In this document: in pieces, positions 37,695 through 46,830 of the stretch
How the letters are laid out: every line of letters starts with the position of its first letter
Position numbering within the stretch: position 1 is the first letter of the stretch
DNA from: Acinetobacter phage Ab5
Sequence record: PP763257.1
DNA length: 64,000 nucleotides
Strand: one strand, 5' to 3'
The notes under the pieces: model-generated
Database searches by the model: none
What the model was told of the DNA's origin: nothing
What the model saw: the letters and a program-made list of their open reading frames with translations, nothing else
Position numbers and translations under genes: made by a program

Positions 37695-37868
37695 ATGAAG
37701 ATGGAAAATAATATCACTGAACAACGTTGGAATGAGATTATTGAAAATCTTGAGCTTGATTTAGTGGTTGCAAATAAACAATATTGGAATAATCCTAATC
37801 GTTATACAATCACTAAAGAAGATATTGAGAAGATCATCTCTGTTCTTAAAAATAATATTCCATTTTAA
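37695..37868 (+). CDS. hypothetical small protein (57 aa)
   Basis: Fills the gap between annotated ORFs. Weak RBS. Confidence 0.3.
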   Translation: MKMENNITEQRWNEIIENLELDLVVANKQYWNNPNRYTITKEDIEKIISVLKNNIPF

Positions 37869-37882
37869 TGAAGGAGTAATAT

Positions 37883-38116
37883 ATGCTACCAACAGATATT
37901 AACATTATTGAGGATAATGATTTCTTAGATAAAGATGTATCAGCTTTAGTGACAGGTGACTTCTATCTATTTCACATTGATGAAGATGATGATCTATATT
38001 TCTATAGAGATGGTGTTATTTGGAGTGGAAAACATAATGAAGATAAATTTGAATTATCTGATTGTGTAGAGTATAATTCTGGTACATTGAATATGTACAT
38101 TGATAGTTTGAAGTAA
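37883..38116 (+). CDS. hypothetical protein
   Basis: 77 aa. AAGGAG RBS. Confidence 0.5.
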   Translation: MLPTDINIIEDNDFLDKDVSALVTGDFYLFHIDEDDDLYFYRDGVIWSGKHNEDKFELSDCVEYNSGTLNMYIDSLK

Positions 38117-38133
38117 ATGTCTTAGGAGAGAAA

Positions 38134-38508
38134 ATGAACGCATTAAGTAAAATGAGTCCAGATGATAAAGTTGAAATTGTTCTTAATGGTGAGAAATTAC
38201 AAGTTACAGTTGGATCAATTGTTAAGACATATGTGTTGTTGGGTAATTCTAATGGTGGTTGTGACGACTTATATTATCGATTAGGTGAAGCTTATGGTTT
38301 TGGTTCTGAGGAAGATGATCAAATAGATATAGTTAATATTGAATATTATAAACATCGTGATGAAGTTCTTAAAGTTTTTCTGAGTGATTACTATAGAAAC
38401 GAAGTTAGAAAGAAACAAATTAGATATGAAATTGAAGAAAAGAGTATGGAGATATTGGAACTAAAATCTGAATACTTTGAATTAACTGGTGAAGAATATG
38501 GAAACTAA
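38134..38508 (+). CDS. hypothetical protein
   Basis: 124 aa. GGAGAG RBS. Confidence 0.5.
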   Translation: MNALSKMSPDDKVEIVLNGEKLQVTVGSIVKTYVLLGNSNGGCDDLYYRLGEAYGFGSEEDDQIDIVNIEYYKHRDEVLKVFLSDYYRNEVRKKQIRYEIEEKSMEILELKSEYFELTGEEYGN

Positions 38509-38956
38509 AGATGAAAATACTTCTGATGAAGTGCTGCATGTAAAATCTTTTACTTATGTTCCTTACTTGGATTATAAGATTATTAAGAAGGTTGATCATG
38601 TAACTTATCATAATTGGGATGGTAAAACGTTCTTCAGTAAAGAACAAGCTGAAGAATATGTTGATAAGGCACTTAAAGATCGCAAACGTCTTCAACAGTT
38701 GTCAAAGATAGGTGAATTAAGTAATGCTGAATTGGTTAAGCTATATCCTAATTTAACACACTTATTGAAAGAGCCAAAAGAGATTAAAGTAATTTCTGAA
38801 AAACCAGTTTATGTTTATGAGCTTTGGAATAATGAAGACGATGATGAAATGTACATTGGTGTCTTTGCAGACTTAGATGCTATTGAATATTTTATTATCG
38901 ATAGACATGACGTGCGATGGAACTTGGAAATGGTTATTGAGAAGGGGGAGTATTAA
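38498..38956 (+). CDS. hypothetical protein
   Basis: Start placed at ATG 38498. The track start at 38489 is GTG. Confidence 0.45.
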   Translation: METKDENTSDEVLHVKSFTYVPYLDYKIIKKVDHVTYHNWDGKTFFSKEQAEEYVDKALKDRKRLQQLSKIGELSNAELVKLYPNLTHLLKEPKEIKVISEKPVYVYELWNNEDDDEMYIGVFADLDAIEYFIIDRHDVRWNLEMVIEKGEY

Positions 38957-39276
38957 TGATAATCCTTAAAGAACCTGTAAAGTTGGATGAAGAGAACGTT
39001 GATCATGGTTATGCCTTGACAACGGACGAATATAACATTGTCCTATACAAACTTGGTATTTATCTTAAAGGTAAGAATCAAGGTGAAGTATCTAAAACAC
39101 CTATAGGTTATTTCTCAACGCTAGAACACGCTTTACAGCACATTAAAGACTTAGAAGTACGTTTACGTGGTCTAGAAGATTTAGAGGGTCTGGTGGAGCG
39201 TATACGCGCTGTAATGGATGAGATTTCAGTTAATTTAAAGAGTGTTAAGATCACTAAAGGAGACATGTTGAAATGA
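38956..39276 (+). CDS. hypothetical protein with a coiled-coil region
   Basis: 106 aa. Confidence 0.45.
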   Translation: MIILKEPVKLDEENVDHGYALTTDEYNIVLYKLGIYLKGKNQGEVSKTPIGYFSTLEHALQHIKDLEVRLRGLEDLEGLVERIRAVMDEISVNLKSVKITKGDMLK

Positions 39277-39431
39277 AACAGTATAAAGTAGTAGTTGAAG
39301 TAACAACAACAGAGGAAATTGTTATTGAAGCTGAAAATTATGAAGATGCTCACATTAAAGCAAAAGAGCGTTGTAAATTAGAGTTTCATAACGATTATTA
39401 TATTATTGATATTTACGCAGATGATGAGTAA
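39273..39431 (+). CDS. small protein (52 aa) of the recurrent ExxEA family
   Basis: AAAGGAGA RBS. MKQYKVVVEV...IEAENYEDAHIKAKE. Below the ORF-track cutoff. Confidence 0.45.
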   Translation: MKQYKVVVEVTTTEEIVIEAENYEDAHIKAKERCKLEFHNDYYIIDIYADDE

Positions 39432-39436
39432 TTAAT

Positions 39437-39613
39437 ATGCAAAAATTATACCTTGTTGAACGTTTAGTCGTTGAGTATCAATATATTGCTGCTGATTCAG
39501 AAGAAGAAGCTATTGAAATTGCAAAAGACACAGGTGAATGGGATAGAGAAACAATTGGTCAAGGTGATGAATTGTTCTATGGTGTTCGTGCAGAATACAA
39601 AGGTGAAGCCTAA
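39437..39613 (+). CDS. small protein (58 aa) of the recurrent ExxEA family
   Basis: MQKLYLVERLVV...IAADSEEEAIEIAKD. Tandem to 39273. Confidence 0.4.
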   Translation: MQKLYLVERLVVEYQYIAADSEEEAIEIAKDTGEWDRETIGQGDELFYGVRAEYKGEA

Positions 39614-39798
39614 TGAGAGATAAAATTTATATAGATGTTGATGAATACGAGAAAATCTATTCAGAAGCACAACATTTATTCTGTGATTACTTAAATGATA
39701 AATTGGGTGTTAATGTTAAACCTAATGATTTTGGTGATTATTGGTACAAAATGGATAATGTTATTTCTTATGATTTAACTTTTGAGAAGGAATATTAA
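39613..39798 (+). CDS. hypothetical protein
   Basis: 61 aa. Confidence 0.4.
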   Translation: MRDKIYIDVDEYEKIYSEAQHLFCDYLNDKLGVNVKPNDFGDYWYKMDNVISYDLTFEKEY

Positions 39799-39801
39799 TA
39801 A

Positions 39802-40626
39802 ATGTCTTACGCAGATAAAGTTTATCGTGACTTGGTTTATGAAATTCATAATAACGGCGATTGGGATTTTGGAGAAGATGTACGAGCTAAATACAAAGAT
39901 GGTGATTTAGCTTATGCTAAAAGTATTTTTGGTTATCAGGTAAAGTTTCCTAAAGGTGTTGTTCCTTTAATCAGCACAAAGAAGATATTTACACAAACAG
40001 CAATCAAAGAAATGATTTTGTTTTGGGTTAAACAAACTGTTAAGAAGGATGATTTCGATAAATGGAACGTCAAGATTTGGAATAGTTGGTTTAAAGCAGA
40101 TGGTACGTTGGGTTTATCTTATGCTGCTCAGTTTCAAAAAGGTGGTCGTAACCAAGTTGTTGAGTTAATCAATGGAATTAAAAATACACCTAAATCAAGA
40201 CGATTGATGACCTCTTTTTGGGACTTTGAGAATGCGCCTAATAAAGCATTACAAGAGTGTGCTTGGGCTACACAATGGGATGTTCGTAATGGTGATTTAA
40301 GTCTTATATTAATTCAACGTAGTGTAGATACAGCATGTGGTTTACCTTTCAATTGGTTTCAGTATTATGTATTGCAGTGTTTAATTGCCCATGTGTGTAA
40401 TTTAGAAGTTGGTACGTTTACACATCAAATGGGCAACGCGCATTACTACGACCGACACGAGGGATTACTGTTAGAACAAGTGAATCAAGATGTGTATGAG
40501 AATAAAGATGTTAAAGTGTTAATTAAAGAAACTTTAACTGACTTCTTTAAGGCTGACTTATCAGATATTGATTTAGTTGGTTATAAGTGTTCTAATAAGA
40601 ACTTCAAATACGAGATAGCTATTTAG
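39802..40626 (+). CDS. thyA: thymidylate synthase family protein (ThyA; a dNMP hydroxymethylase cannot be excluded)
   Basis: 274 aa. LIAHVCNLEVGTFTHQMGNAHYY matches the ThyA C-terminal signature (LIAHMLA...GDF.H..GD.H.Y). LQECAW is at the catalytic Cys position. Confidence 0.75.
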   Translation: MSYADKVYRDLVYEIHNNGDWDFGEDVRAKYKDGDLAYAKSIFGYQVKFPKGVVPLISTKKIFTQTAIKEMILFWVKQTVKKDDFDKWNVKIWNSWFKADGTLGLSYAAQFQKGGRNQVVELINGIKNTPKSRRLMTSFWDFENAPNKALQECAWATQWDVRNGDLSLILIQRSVDTACGLPFNWFQYYVLQCLIAHVCNLEVGTFTHQMGNAHYYDRHEGLLLEQVNQDVYENKDVKVLIKETLTDFFKADLSDIDLVGYKCSNKNFKYEIAI

Positions 40627-40634
40627 GGGTTTAT

Positions 40635-41150
40635 ATGTATAAAGACAAGAAAATTATTCAAATTGTTGCTAGAGGTTTGAAAGGTGAAATCGGTAAAGAC
40701 AACAAACTCCTGTGGAGTATTCCTGAAGAATTGAAATACTTCCGTGATCAAACATTGGGGCATGTTGTGATGATGGGTCGTAAAACATATGAGAGTTTAC
40801 CTAAACCTTTAGGTCGCAGGGTTGTGTATAGTGTATCAAGACCTAAAGATGTGGATGATTATGACTTGCTAGACTACTTCCACGATGCTTATAAAACCAC
40901 TACTACGATGCTTAATACAGATTGTATTTTTGTTGCGGGAGGTAGTCAACTGTATGAAGCTACATCAGATATTGTAGATGAACTTCTTATTACGGAAGTT
41001 GACAAGGAGTATCATGATGCTGATGTATATTTTAAGCAACCCGATGGTTTTGAGATGACTGATAGATCAGAATGGACTGAAGGTATTGACCGTTTAAGTG
41101 GTGATATTATACGTTATCGCTTCACAACATGGCATCGTTTACCATTTTAA
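40635..41150 (+). CDS. folA: dihydrofolate reductase
   Basis: IQIVARGLKGEIGKDNKLLWSIPEELKYFRDQTLGHVVMMGRKTYESLP matches the DHFR N-terminal signature. Confidence 0.8.
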   Translation: MYKDKKIIQIVARGLKGEIGKDNKLLWSIPEELKYFRDQTLGHVVMMGRKTYESLPKPLGRRVVYSVSRPKDVDDYDLLDYFHDAYKTTTTMLNTDCIFVAGGSQLYEATSDIVDELLITEVDKEYHDADVYFKQPDGFEMTDRSEWTEGIDRLSGDIIRYRFTTWHRLPF

Positions 41151-41238
41151 ATGTTATTAACAGAAGGTATCTTTAACAGTTGCTTTTTTGTTTTATTTTA
41201 TATATAACTAATAGTATTTGTTATCAAGGAGAAATTAA

Positions 41239-41520
41239 ATGAATATTTACTTAGTAAGTCAAAATAAAGCTTGTGGTTATGATACATACGATAGTTTTGT
41301 GTGTTATGCAGAATCAGAAGATGAAGCTCGTGTAATGTCTCCTAGCGAACATTATATCTGGAAACATGATACTTGGAACTTTGTGTATTTCGATGGTTCT
41401 TACAAACCCTCACGATTTGATTCATGGTGTTATCCCAAGTATGTTGAAGTAACATTGGTTGGAAGTACAAATGAAGAAGTTGATTCAGGTGTAATTTTAG
41501 CTTCTTTCAATGCTGGGTGA
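41239..41520 (+). CDS. hypothetical protein (ExxEA-family N-terminus)
   Basis: 93 aa. MNIYLVSQ...FVCYAESEDEARVMS. Confidence 0.45.
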   Translation: MNIYLVSQNKACGYDTYDSFVCYAESEDEARVMSPSEHYIWKHDTWNFVYFDGSYKPSRFDSWCYPKYVEVTLVGSTNEEVDSGVILASFNAG

Positions 41521-41537
41521 TGATGTAAAATCATCTG

Positions 41538-41566
41538 TTGACAACTAGATTTAAATCAATTACTAT
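41538..41566 (+). promoter_or_regulatory. putative promoter overlapping a terminator
   Basis: TTGACA at 41538-41543, 17 nt, then TACTAT. Confidence 0.4.
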
Positions 41567-41567
41567 A

Positions 41568-41598
41568 AAGACACACCAGAAATGGTGTGTCTTTTTTA
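41568..41598 (+). terminator. rho-independent terminator
   Basis: AAGACACACCagaaaTGGTGTGTCTT followed by TTTTT. Confidence 0.65.
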
Positions 41599-41611
41599 TT
41601 GAAGATTTAAA

Positions 41612-41887
41612 ATGAGTACGATGCTTATTTTGGAAGGTGATAGCTATTTGTGGGTAGCTGAAAACATTGAGGAAGACTTCGGTGAAGAACAAGGTTTCTA
41701 TGTTATTAATGGTCATTGGTGGGGAACTTACTACAAAGGTTTAATTGATATTCATCTCCCATTTCCAGATAAAGACGGTGATACGTTTGGTTATGCTAAT
41801 GTTAAAGAAGTTGTAGTTGACTTCGATAGACAAGGTGACTACAATGAAGTTATTACGAAATTACAAATAAAGCGTGGAGAACTGTGA
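41612..41887 (+). CDS. hypothetical protein
   Basis: 91 aa. Confidence 0.5.
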   Translation: MSTMLILEGDSYLWVAENIEEDFGEEQGFYVINGHWWGTYYKGLIDIHLPFPDKDGDTFGYANVKEVVVDFDRQGDYNEVITKLQIKRGEL

Positions 41888-42090
41888 TGAAGTTATTTGT
41901 TGTAGTAAAGTGTACTGATGTTAAAGTAATTGATGCGGAACATTACGCTGAAGTTTGGTTAACAAAAACAGATATTATCTCTATTCATCGTAATTTTTAC
42001 GATGCTACTTTTAAAGTAAAGAAACTTGAATCAGAAAATTATGATGTAAATGTTATGTATGATATGATTATTGAGGAGTTGGAAGTATGA
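41884..42090 (+). CDS. hypothetical protein
   Basis: 68 aa. ATGA overlap. Confidence 0.45.
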   Translation: MMKLFVVVKCTDVKVIDAEHYAEVWLTKTDIISIHRNFYDATFKVKKLESENYDVNVMYDMIIEELEV

Positions 42091-42383
42091 GAATTTATGT
42101 AGATTGGATTGGTGATCATTACATCAATAAATGTGTCGAAGTAGAAGATTTCACAGTTGCTTCGATATCTGGATTTGAAGCGATGGAAATTCTATTTGAT
42201 CAATGCGTAGATAAGAATATGATGAACTATTCTTATGTAGTTTTGTTCTATCGAAAAGATTTAGACGACATGCTTCCACAAACTGCACATCCTTCTTTTG
42301 CTGTGGATTGTTTTGCATCAAGTAATTTTGTGTGGTCTAAAATTGATCGTGAATATTTAGAAAAGTTAATTGGAGAAATTTGA
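42087..42383 (+). CDS. hypothetical protein
   Basis: 98 aa. ATGA overlap. Confidence 0.5.
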   Translation: MRIYVDWIGDHYINKCVEVEDFTVASISGFEAMEILFDQCVDKNMMNYSYVVLFYRKDLDDMLPQTAHPSFAVDCFASSNFVWSKIDREYLEKLIGEI

Positions 42384-42637
42384 TGAGTAAATTAACAACA
42401 TTAGAGAAGTTGAATAAACTGACTTCTAAAGATGCTAAACATTTTATTTTAACTGAATATAACTTCTGGTCATATCAACTACAAACATATGTTGATGGTG
42501 ATCATATTGAATTATACTTAGGCGAAGAAGCAACGAGTCGTGGTTGTGATATGGAAGAACACGTTTCTACAGTATTTGGTAAAACATTTGATGAGTGTGT
42601 TGATAAAATGTATACGCAACTATTTGGAGATGAATAA
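42380..42637 (+). CDS. hypothetical protein
   Basis: 85 aa. Confidence 0.5.
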   Translation: MMSKLTTLEKLNKLTSKDAKHFILTEYNFWSYQLQTYVDGDHIELYLGEEATSRGCDMEEHVSTVFGKTFDECVDKMYTQLFGDE

Positions 42638-42834
42638 TGCATGAACTATTTGAAAATAATAAGCTAGAAGGAACAACAGCTTTTGTTAATCAAGTATTAG
42701 TAACTGTTAACTATGGACACTACATGTTAGAAACAGGGTTAATTAAAGAGCTATATGAAGCTCATGGAGAACGTTGGTATTATGTTGTTCCAATTAACAT
42801 GTGGTTTCGTGAGGATACTTTGGATGAATGTTAA
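42637..42834 (+). CDS. hypothetical protein
   Basis: 65 aa. Confidence 0.45.
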   Translation: MHELFENNKLEGTTAFVNQVLVTVNYGHYMLETGLIKELYEAHGERWYYVVPINMWFREDTLDEC

Positions 42835-42903
42835 ATTAATTGTTGACATTAGTTTTAGTATAGATTGATATTTATGTATCAACCAACATGTAAGGTGAAT
42901 ATC

Positions 42904-43185
42904 ATGAAAACAAATGAATTAAAATCTGCAATATTATCAACACATGCTAGATTGTTTAAGGTTGTATTTAGAAAATCAGATGGTACAATTCGTACTTTGT
43001 ATGGTAAGATTGGTGTTGAACGTTTTAAATCTAAGAAGCCAAACAAACGTAAAGTTAATGAGCATGGCGATAACTTAATTCGTGTGTTTGATGTTGAGAA
43101 GAAAGAGTATCGAGCATTCAACTTATCAAGTGTTATTGAATTCTCATGTGGTAATAAACAATTTAAATTAGAGAGTGTAGAATAA
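42904..43185 (+). CDS. hypothetical basic protein
   Basis: Start at ATG 42904 (AAGGTG RBS). The track start at 42865 overlaps a promoter-like TTGACA region. Confidence 0.45.
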   Translation: MKTNELKSAILSTHARLFKVVFRKSDGTIRTLYGKIGVERFKSKKPNKRKVNEHGDNLIRVFDVEKKEYRAFNLSSVIEFSCGNKQFKLESVE

Positions 43186-43607
43186 TGGAATTAGCATTAT
43201 TAATTTGGTTTGCAAGTGTGTCAACTGGTATTGCTAAGTTATTTGGAGCATTGTCTTTTGTGACGTTTGTTACGGTAGCATTTGTTCTTGGGGTTAGTTT
43301 GATGCATTCATTTATTGAAGAGGAAAAATTAAAAATATTTGAATACAAGAAATCAATTATTGGTGTATTTATATTCTCAATTCTATCTGCTTTGATTTCT
43401 GTGGTAATTCCAGATGAGCGAACAGTTTATTTAATGGCTTCTGGATATGCTGGACAGAAAATTGTAGAGTCAGATAAGTTTCAGAAGAGTACGAACGATG
43501 TTTATGAAATTGTTAACATGAAACTTGAACAAATTAAACGTGACATGCACAAAGAACTTGAGCAATCTCAAGATAATGATCAGAAAGCAGAAGGAGAAAC
43601 AAAATGA
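43185..43607 (+). CDS. membrane protein (about three TM helices) with C-terminal coiled coil
   Basis: 140 aa. The N-terminal half is hydrophobic. Confidence 0.5.
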   Translation: MELALLIWFASVSTGIAKLFGALSFVTFVTVAFVLGVSLMHSFIEEEKLKIFEYKKSIIGVFIFSILSALISVVIPDERTVYLMASGYAGQKIVESDKFQKSTNDVYEIVNMKLEQIKRDMHKELEQSQDNDQKAEGETK

Positions 43608-44005
43608 GTGAACAAGGTGCATACGTATACGAACAACTAATTGGTAAAACATTTGATAAGGTTTACCAAAGTGGTGATGTAATTTGTTTTGAAAAAGATG
43701 GAGAAGTTTTATATAAACTAGCTCATAGTCAAGATTGTTGTGAACATGTTTATATTGAAAGTATTGTTGGCGATCTTAATGACTTAACAGGACAACCTTT
43801 ATACATTGCTGAAGTAGTTTATCAAGAAATAAATGACAAAAATGATGAAGGGTATGTGGAATTTGAATCTGCTACATGGTCATTCTTTAAGTTTGCAACA
43901 ATTAAAGGTTATGTAGATATTCGTTTTCATGGTTCTAGTAACGGATATTATTCAGAGAGTGCTGAACTATTTGATAAAGATTATTGGGGTTTTAATCATG
44001 TTTAA
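43604..44005 (+). CDS. hypothetical protein
   Basis: 133 aa. Confidence 0.5.
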   Translation: MSEQGAYVYEQLIGKTFDKVYQSGDVICFEKDGEVLYKLAHSQDCCEHVYIESIVGDLNDLTGQPLYIAEVVYQEINDKNDEGYVEFESATWSFFKFATIKGYVDIRFHGSSNGYYSESAELFDKDYWGFNHV

Positions 44006-44366
44006 ATCTTTTGTTGTTGCAGCACTTGTTTTATTGTGTTCTGCTTGTTCATTGAAACCAAGTGTAGTCTTAACTAAACGCATTGAGCTTTCTAATGGTA
44101 TGTATTATTCATATACATGTAAAGAAAATGGTCAATATTCGTGTAATGCGGATGATTTTGTAGCTGAACGATCTATTGGCGAAGACACTCAATACTTCTG
44201 TGATCTTGGTGGAGATTTCTATATTATTAAATCTCGATATAAAGGAGGTAGTTCTGCAATTCTTCAGGAGGGTCTTAGTTGTGAATTTACTGTAGAAAGA
44301 ACTAAGAAGATTGTAATGGCAGATGGAAAAGAAAAGATTGAAACAGAAACTCTTTCTTACCAATAA
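43998..44366 (+). CDS. putative secreted lipoprotein
   Basis: From ATG 43998: MFKSFVVAALVLLCSACSLKPS is a signal peptide with a lipobox-like LLCSAC. The mature part is Cys-containing and hydrophilic. Confidence 0.45.
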   Translation: MFKSFVVAALVLLCSACSLKPSVVLTKRIELSNGMYYSYTCKENGQYSCNADDFVAERSIGEDTQYFCDLGGDFYIIKSRYKGGSSAILQEGLSCEFTVERTKKIVMADGKEKIETETLSYQ

Positions 44367-44384
44367 AATATAAATTGATTTTAA

Positions 44385-44431
44385 AGAGATGTTGACTTAA
44401 TGGTTGACATCTCTTTTTATTTGTCTATAAT
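44385..44431 (+). promoter_or_regulatory. conserved terminator/promoter cassette (copy B)
   Basis: AGAGATG ... CATCTCT inverted repeat encloses ATGTTGACTTAATGGTTGACAT, followed by a T-run. TATAAT lies 16 nt after the second TTGACA. Confidence 0.5.
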
Positions 44432-44462
44432 AAAAGCATAGGCAAATATCTTGGAGATTAAT

Positions 44463-44759
44463 ATGGAACATATCAAATTAAACAAACTTGGTAGTAACTC
44501 AGAAGAGATTGAGTTTGATTGTAACTTTAATGGTGTCTATTACTTAATTATTGTCGATGTTGAATACTGGACAATTAAACAAGATAGCTATGGTGTACAA
44601 GATAGCTCTTGGATTGAAGTAGATGCTGACAGTTTTGAAATTTCTATATCAATATACGATGAGGAAGAAAACAAGATACCTTCTACCTACTTAGCTAAAT
44701 CTGAGGTTGAATTTATTGAACAAGAATGTATTAACTACTTAAATGATGAGTATGTGTAA
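44463..44759 (+). CDS. hypothetical acidic protein
   Basis: ATG at 44463, 7 nt after GGAG. The track start at 44451 is TTG. Confidence 0.5.
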   Translation: MEHIKLNKLGSNSEEIEFDCNFNGVYYLIIVDVEYWTIKQDSYGVQDSSWIEVDADSFEISISIYDEEENKIPSTYLAKSEVEFIEQECINYLNDEYV

Positions 44760-44986
44760 TGATTAATAAAAAACAATTAATACATGATTGGTCATTACTG
44801 AGGGTAGGTGATGTGTTTAAATCCTACCATTCAGGAAGTACATATATTGTCACTGATGTCACTGAACATTATGTACAATTTAAGTATGTGAGTAATCCGA
44901 TTAAATATTTATTTGTTATATCATTGGAAATTGAGGTGTTTGATGGTTTTAAATTTGAAAAATTAAATAAGGAGGATTTTAATTGA
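44759..44986 (+). CDS. hypothetical protein
   Basis: 75 aa. Confidence 0.45.
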   Translation: MINKKQLIHDWSLLRVGDVFKSYHSGSTYIVTDVTEHYVQFKYVSNPIKYLFVISLEIEVFDGFKFEKLNKEDFN

Positions 44987-45771
44987 AATATGTTAATAAC
45001 ATAGACCATAAAGATTGTGTTGGAAAATTATGTAAATCTAAAAATTCTGGTGATTTTATTATTACTAAGTATCATGACCATAAACATGTTGAGGTTGAAT
45101 TTTTATTGAGTGGTTATGAAACTGTGAAACAATTAACTCACATTAAAAATGGTGAAGTAAGAGACCCTTATTGTCCTTCTGTTTATGGGGTGGGTATAAC
45201 AGGAGACAAATTTCCAATACATGAAAAGATTAACGCTAAGGAAAGGGTATTTACTCTACAATACAATACATGGCATTCTATGCTAGCTAGATGTTATAGC
45301 GACAAGTTTTTACTAAATAATCCAACATATACAGGTTGCTCTGTATCTGAAAACTTCAAACACTACGAATACTTTTATGAATGGTGTAACGAACAAGTAG
45401 GTTTTAAAAATGAAGGTTGGAATTTAGATAAAGACCTTTTAATTAAAGGTAATAAAATATACTCTGAAGATACTTGTGTTTTCTTACCAAGAGAATTAAA
45501 TCTGTTGTTAATAAACAATGGTGTATCAAGGGGAGACCTCCCAATAGGTGTTAGTTATCATGTTAGAAATAAAAAGTTTCAAGCAAACATTAACTTAAAC
45601 ACAGGTCGCACAAAAAGCTTAGGTTACTACAACACACCTGAAGAAGCTTTCTATACTTACAAAGAAGCTAAAGAAGATTTTATTAAAGAACAAGCTAATA
45701 AATGGAAAGATCAAATTGATCCTAGAGCTTTTGAAGCTTTGATGAATTATGAGGTAGATATTAATGATTGA
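44983..45771 (+). CDS. HNH-AP2 type homing endonuclease (paralogue 2 of 3)
   Basis: Collinear similarity with the 29943 ORF throughout. C-terminal GYYNTPEEAFYTYKEAKEDFIKEQ AP2-like domain. Confidence 0.65.
   Translation: MKYVNNIDHKDCVGKLCKSKNSGDFIITKYHDHKHVEVEFLLSGYETVKQLTHIKNGEVRDPYCPSVYGVGITGDKFPIHEKINAKERVFTLQYNTWHSMLARCYSDKFLLNNPTYTGCSVSENFKHYEYFYEWCNEQVGFKNEGWNLDKDLLIKGNKIYSEDTCVFLPRELNLLLINNGVSRGDLPIGVSYHVRNKKFQANINLNTGRTKSLGYYNTPEEAFYTYKEAKEDFIKEQANKWKDQIDPRAFEALMNYEVDIND
45619..45771 (+). repeat. dispersed DNA repeat copy B (3' end of HNH-AP2 gene)
   Basis: About 150 nt with high nucleotide identity to 30541-30692. Confidence 0.5.
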
Positions 45772-46051
45772 CAAAATATACATGGTGTATGGCATTGAGG
45801 ATTCATTATCGAGTCCAGATAAGAAAGATTTAATTGTCTGTTCACACAATAAAGAGAAGATTGATTTAATCTATAATTATCTACTGAACTTACTCTTTAT
45901 CGAAGATATAGCTTTCTTTGGTTCATATAATTCAATTGATAGTTATTTATTAGTTAGAGATTATTTAATTGAGATTTATAATATGACAGGATTGAGGAAC
46001 ATTTCAGGATATAGTAGTTTTAGACTTGAAGAGTATCATCTTTATAAATGA
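45764..46051 (+). CDS. hypothetical protein
   Basis: 95 aa. Last + strand gene before the strand switch. Confidence 0.45.
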   Translation: MIDKIYMVYGIEDSLSSPDKKDLIVCSHNKEKIDLIYNYLLNLLFIEDIAFFGSYNSIDSYLLVRDYLIEIYNMTGLRNISGYSSFRLEEYHLYK

Positions 46052-46054
46052 ATA

Positions 46055-46080
46055 AAAACCCGCTTAGCGCGGGTTTCTTT
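46055..46080. terminator. bidirectional rho-independent terminator at the convergent strand switch
   Basis: AAACCCGCttagcGCGGGTTT with A-run upstream and T-run downstream. Lies between the last + strand gene and the first - strand gene. Confidence 0.7.
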
Positions 46081-46089
46081 ATGTTTAAA

Positions 46090-46830
46090 TTAAAGTAATT
46101 CAATAAACTTACTTAACACTCTTTTTAATTCTGTATTGCTTAATTCACGAGTTTTCTCTCGTCCTTCTAATAGTTCATTTTTTAAACCATTAATATAACT
46201 AGAACAAGCAACGGTATTATCTGAAGTATAACCTTTAGTGTCATCAATACGATCGATAGAGTGGCTATGTTTACCTTCCATAGTCAATGTGATACCAGAA
46301 TAGTAACACTTCTTACGAGACAATAAGCGTTTCATATCAGCAAATGTTAAAGAAAATTCAATTCCTCTTTGGGCACACTGAATACTCTTATGTAATAATT
46401 TAAGACTAACATAAGTGTCAAATTTAACTTGGTTAAGCTCATTATCAATTCCTGTGAAAGCATCGTTAACGTTTCTAAGATCAATGTTGTAATCAATGTT
46501 ATAACCTTTGCGGTTGAATATACATAATGTTTTAGTTTCACATAACATATCGTATGGAGATTTTATTTCTGTAATTATCTTAATTCCATTTTCTGTTGTT
46601 ATATCTGATAATGAAATTATATCATTTAAACACAGAGCCATTAAGATACTATTATACTCTTCTACAAACATCGATTTTAAGGTGTGTATCGAGCGCTTAC
46701 AGGCATAATCAGATACGAAGTGATTAAACGTATAGGTTAAACATTTGGATGCCTTAGTGGTGAGCTTAGGCATGTCTGTGAAAGCACATAATTCAGAGAC
46801 AGTAGATTGTTTATTAAAATCGAACGACAT
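46090..46830 (-). CDS. HNH homing endonuclease (HNH_3-like)
   Basis: The C-terminal HSIDRIDDTKGYTSDNTVACSSYINGLKN matches the HNH_3 core (H.IDRI...GY..DN). 246 aa. Confidence 0.6.
   Translation of the reverse strand: MSFDFNKQSTVSELCAFTDMPKLTTKASKCLTYTFNHFVSDYACKRSIHTLKSMFVEEYNSILMALCLNDIISLSDITTENGIKIITEIKSPYDMLCETKTLCIFNRKGYNIDYNIDLRNVNDAFTGIDNELNQVKFDTYVSLKLLHKSIQCAQRGIEFSLTFADMKRLLSRKKCYYSGITLTMEGKHSHSIDRIDDTKGYTSDNTVACSSYINGLKNELLEGREKTRELSNTELKRVLSKFIELL

Noticed and set aside
39802-40626. Calling the ThyA-like gene a dCMP/dUMP hydroxymethylase (hypermodified DNA)
   Set aside because: The adjacent DHFR and a C-terminal signature close to canonical ThyA make thymidylate synthase the simpler reading. 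It is kept as a caveat only.
46347-46708. Short ORFs on both strands within the HNH endonuclease gene (46347-46541 -, 46508-46708 +)
   Set aside because: They are alternative frames of, or antisense to, a gene with a clear HNH motif.
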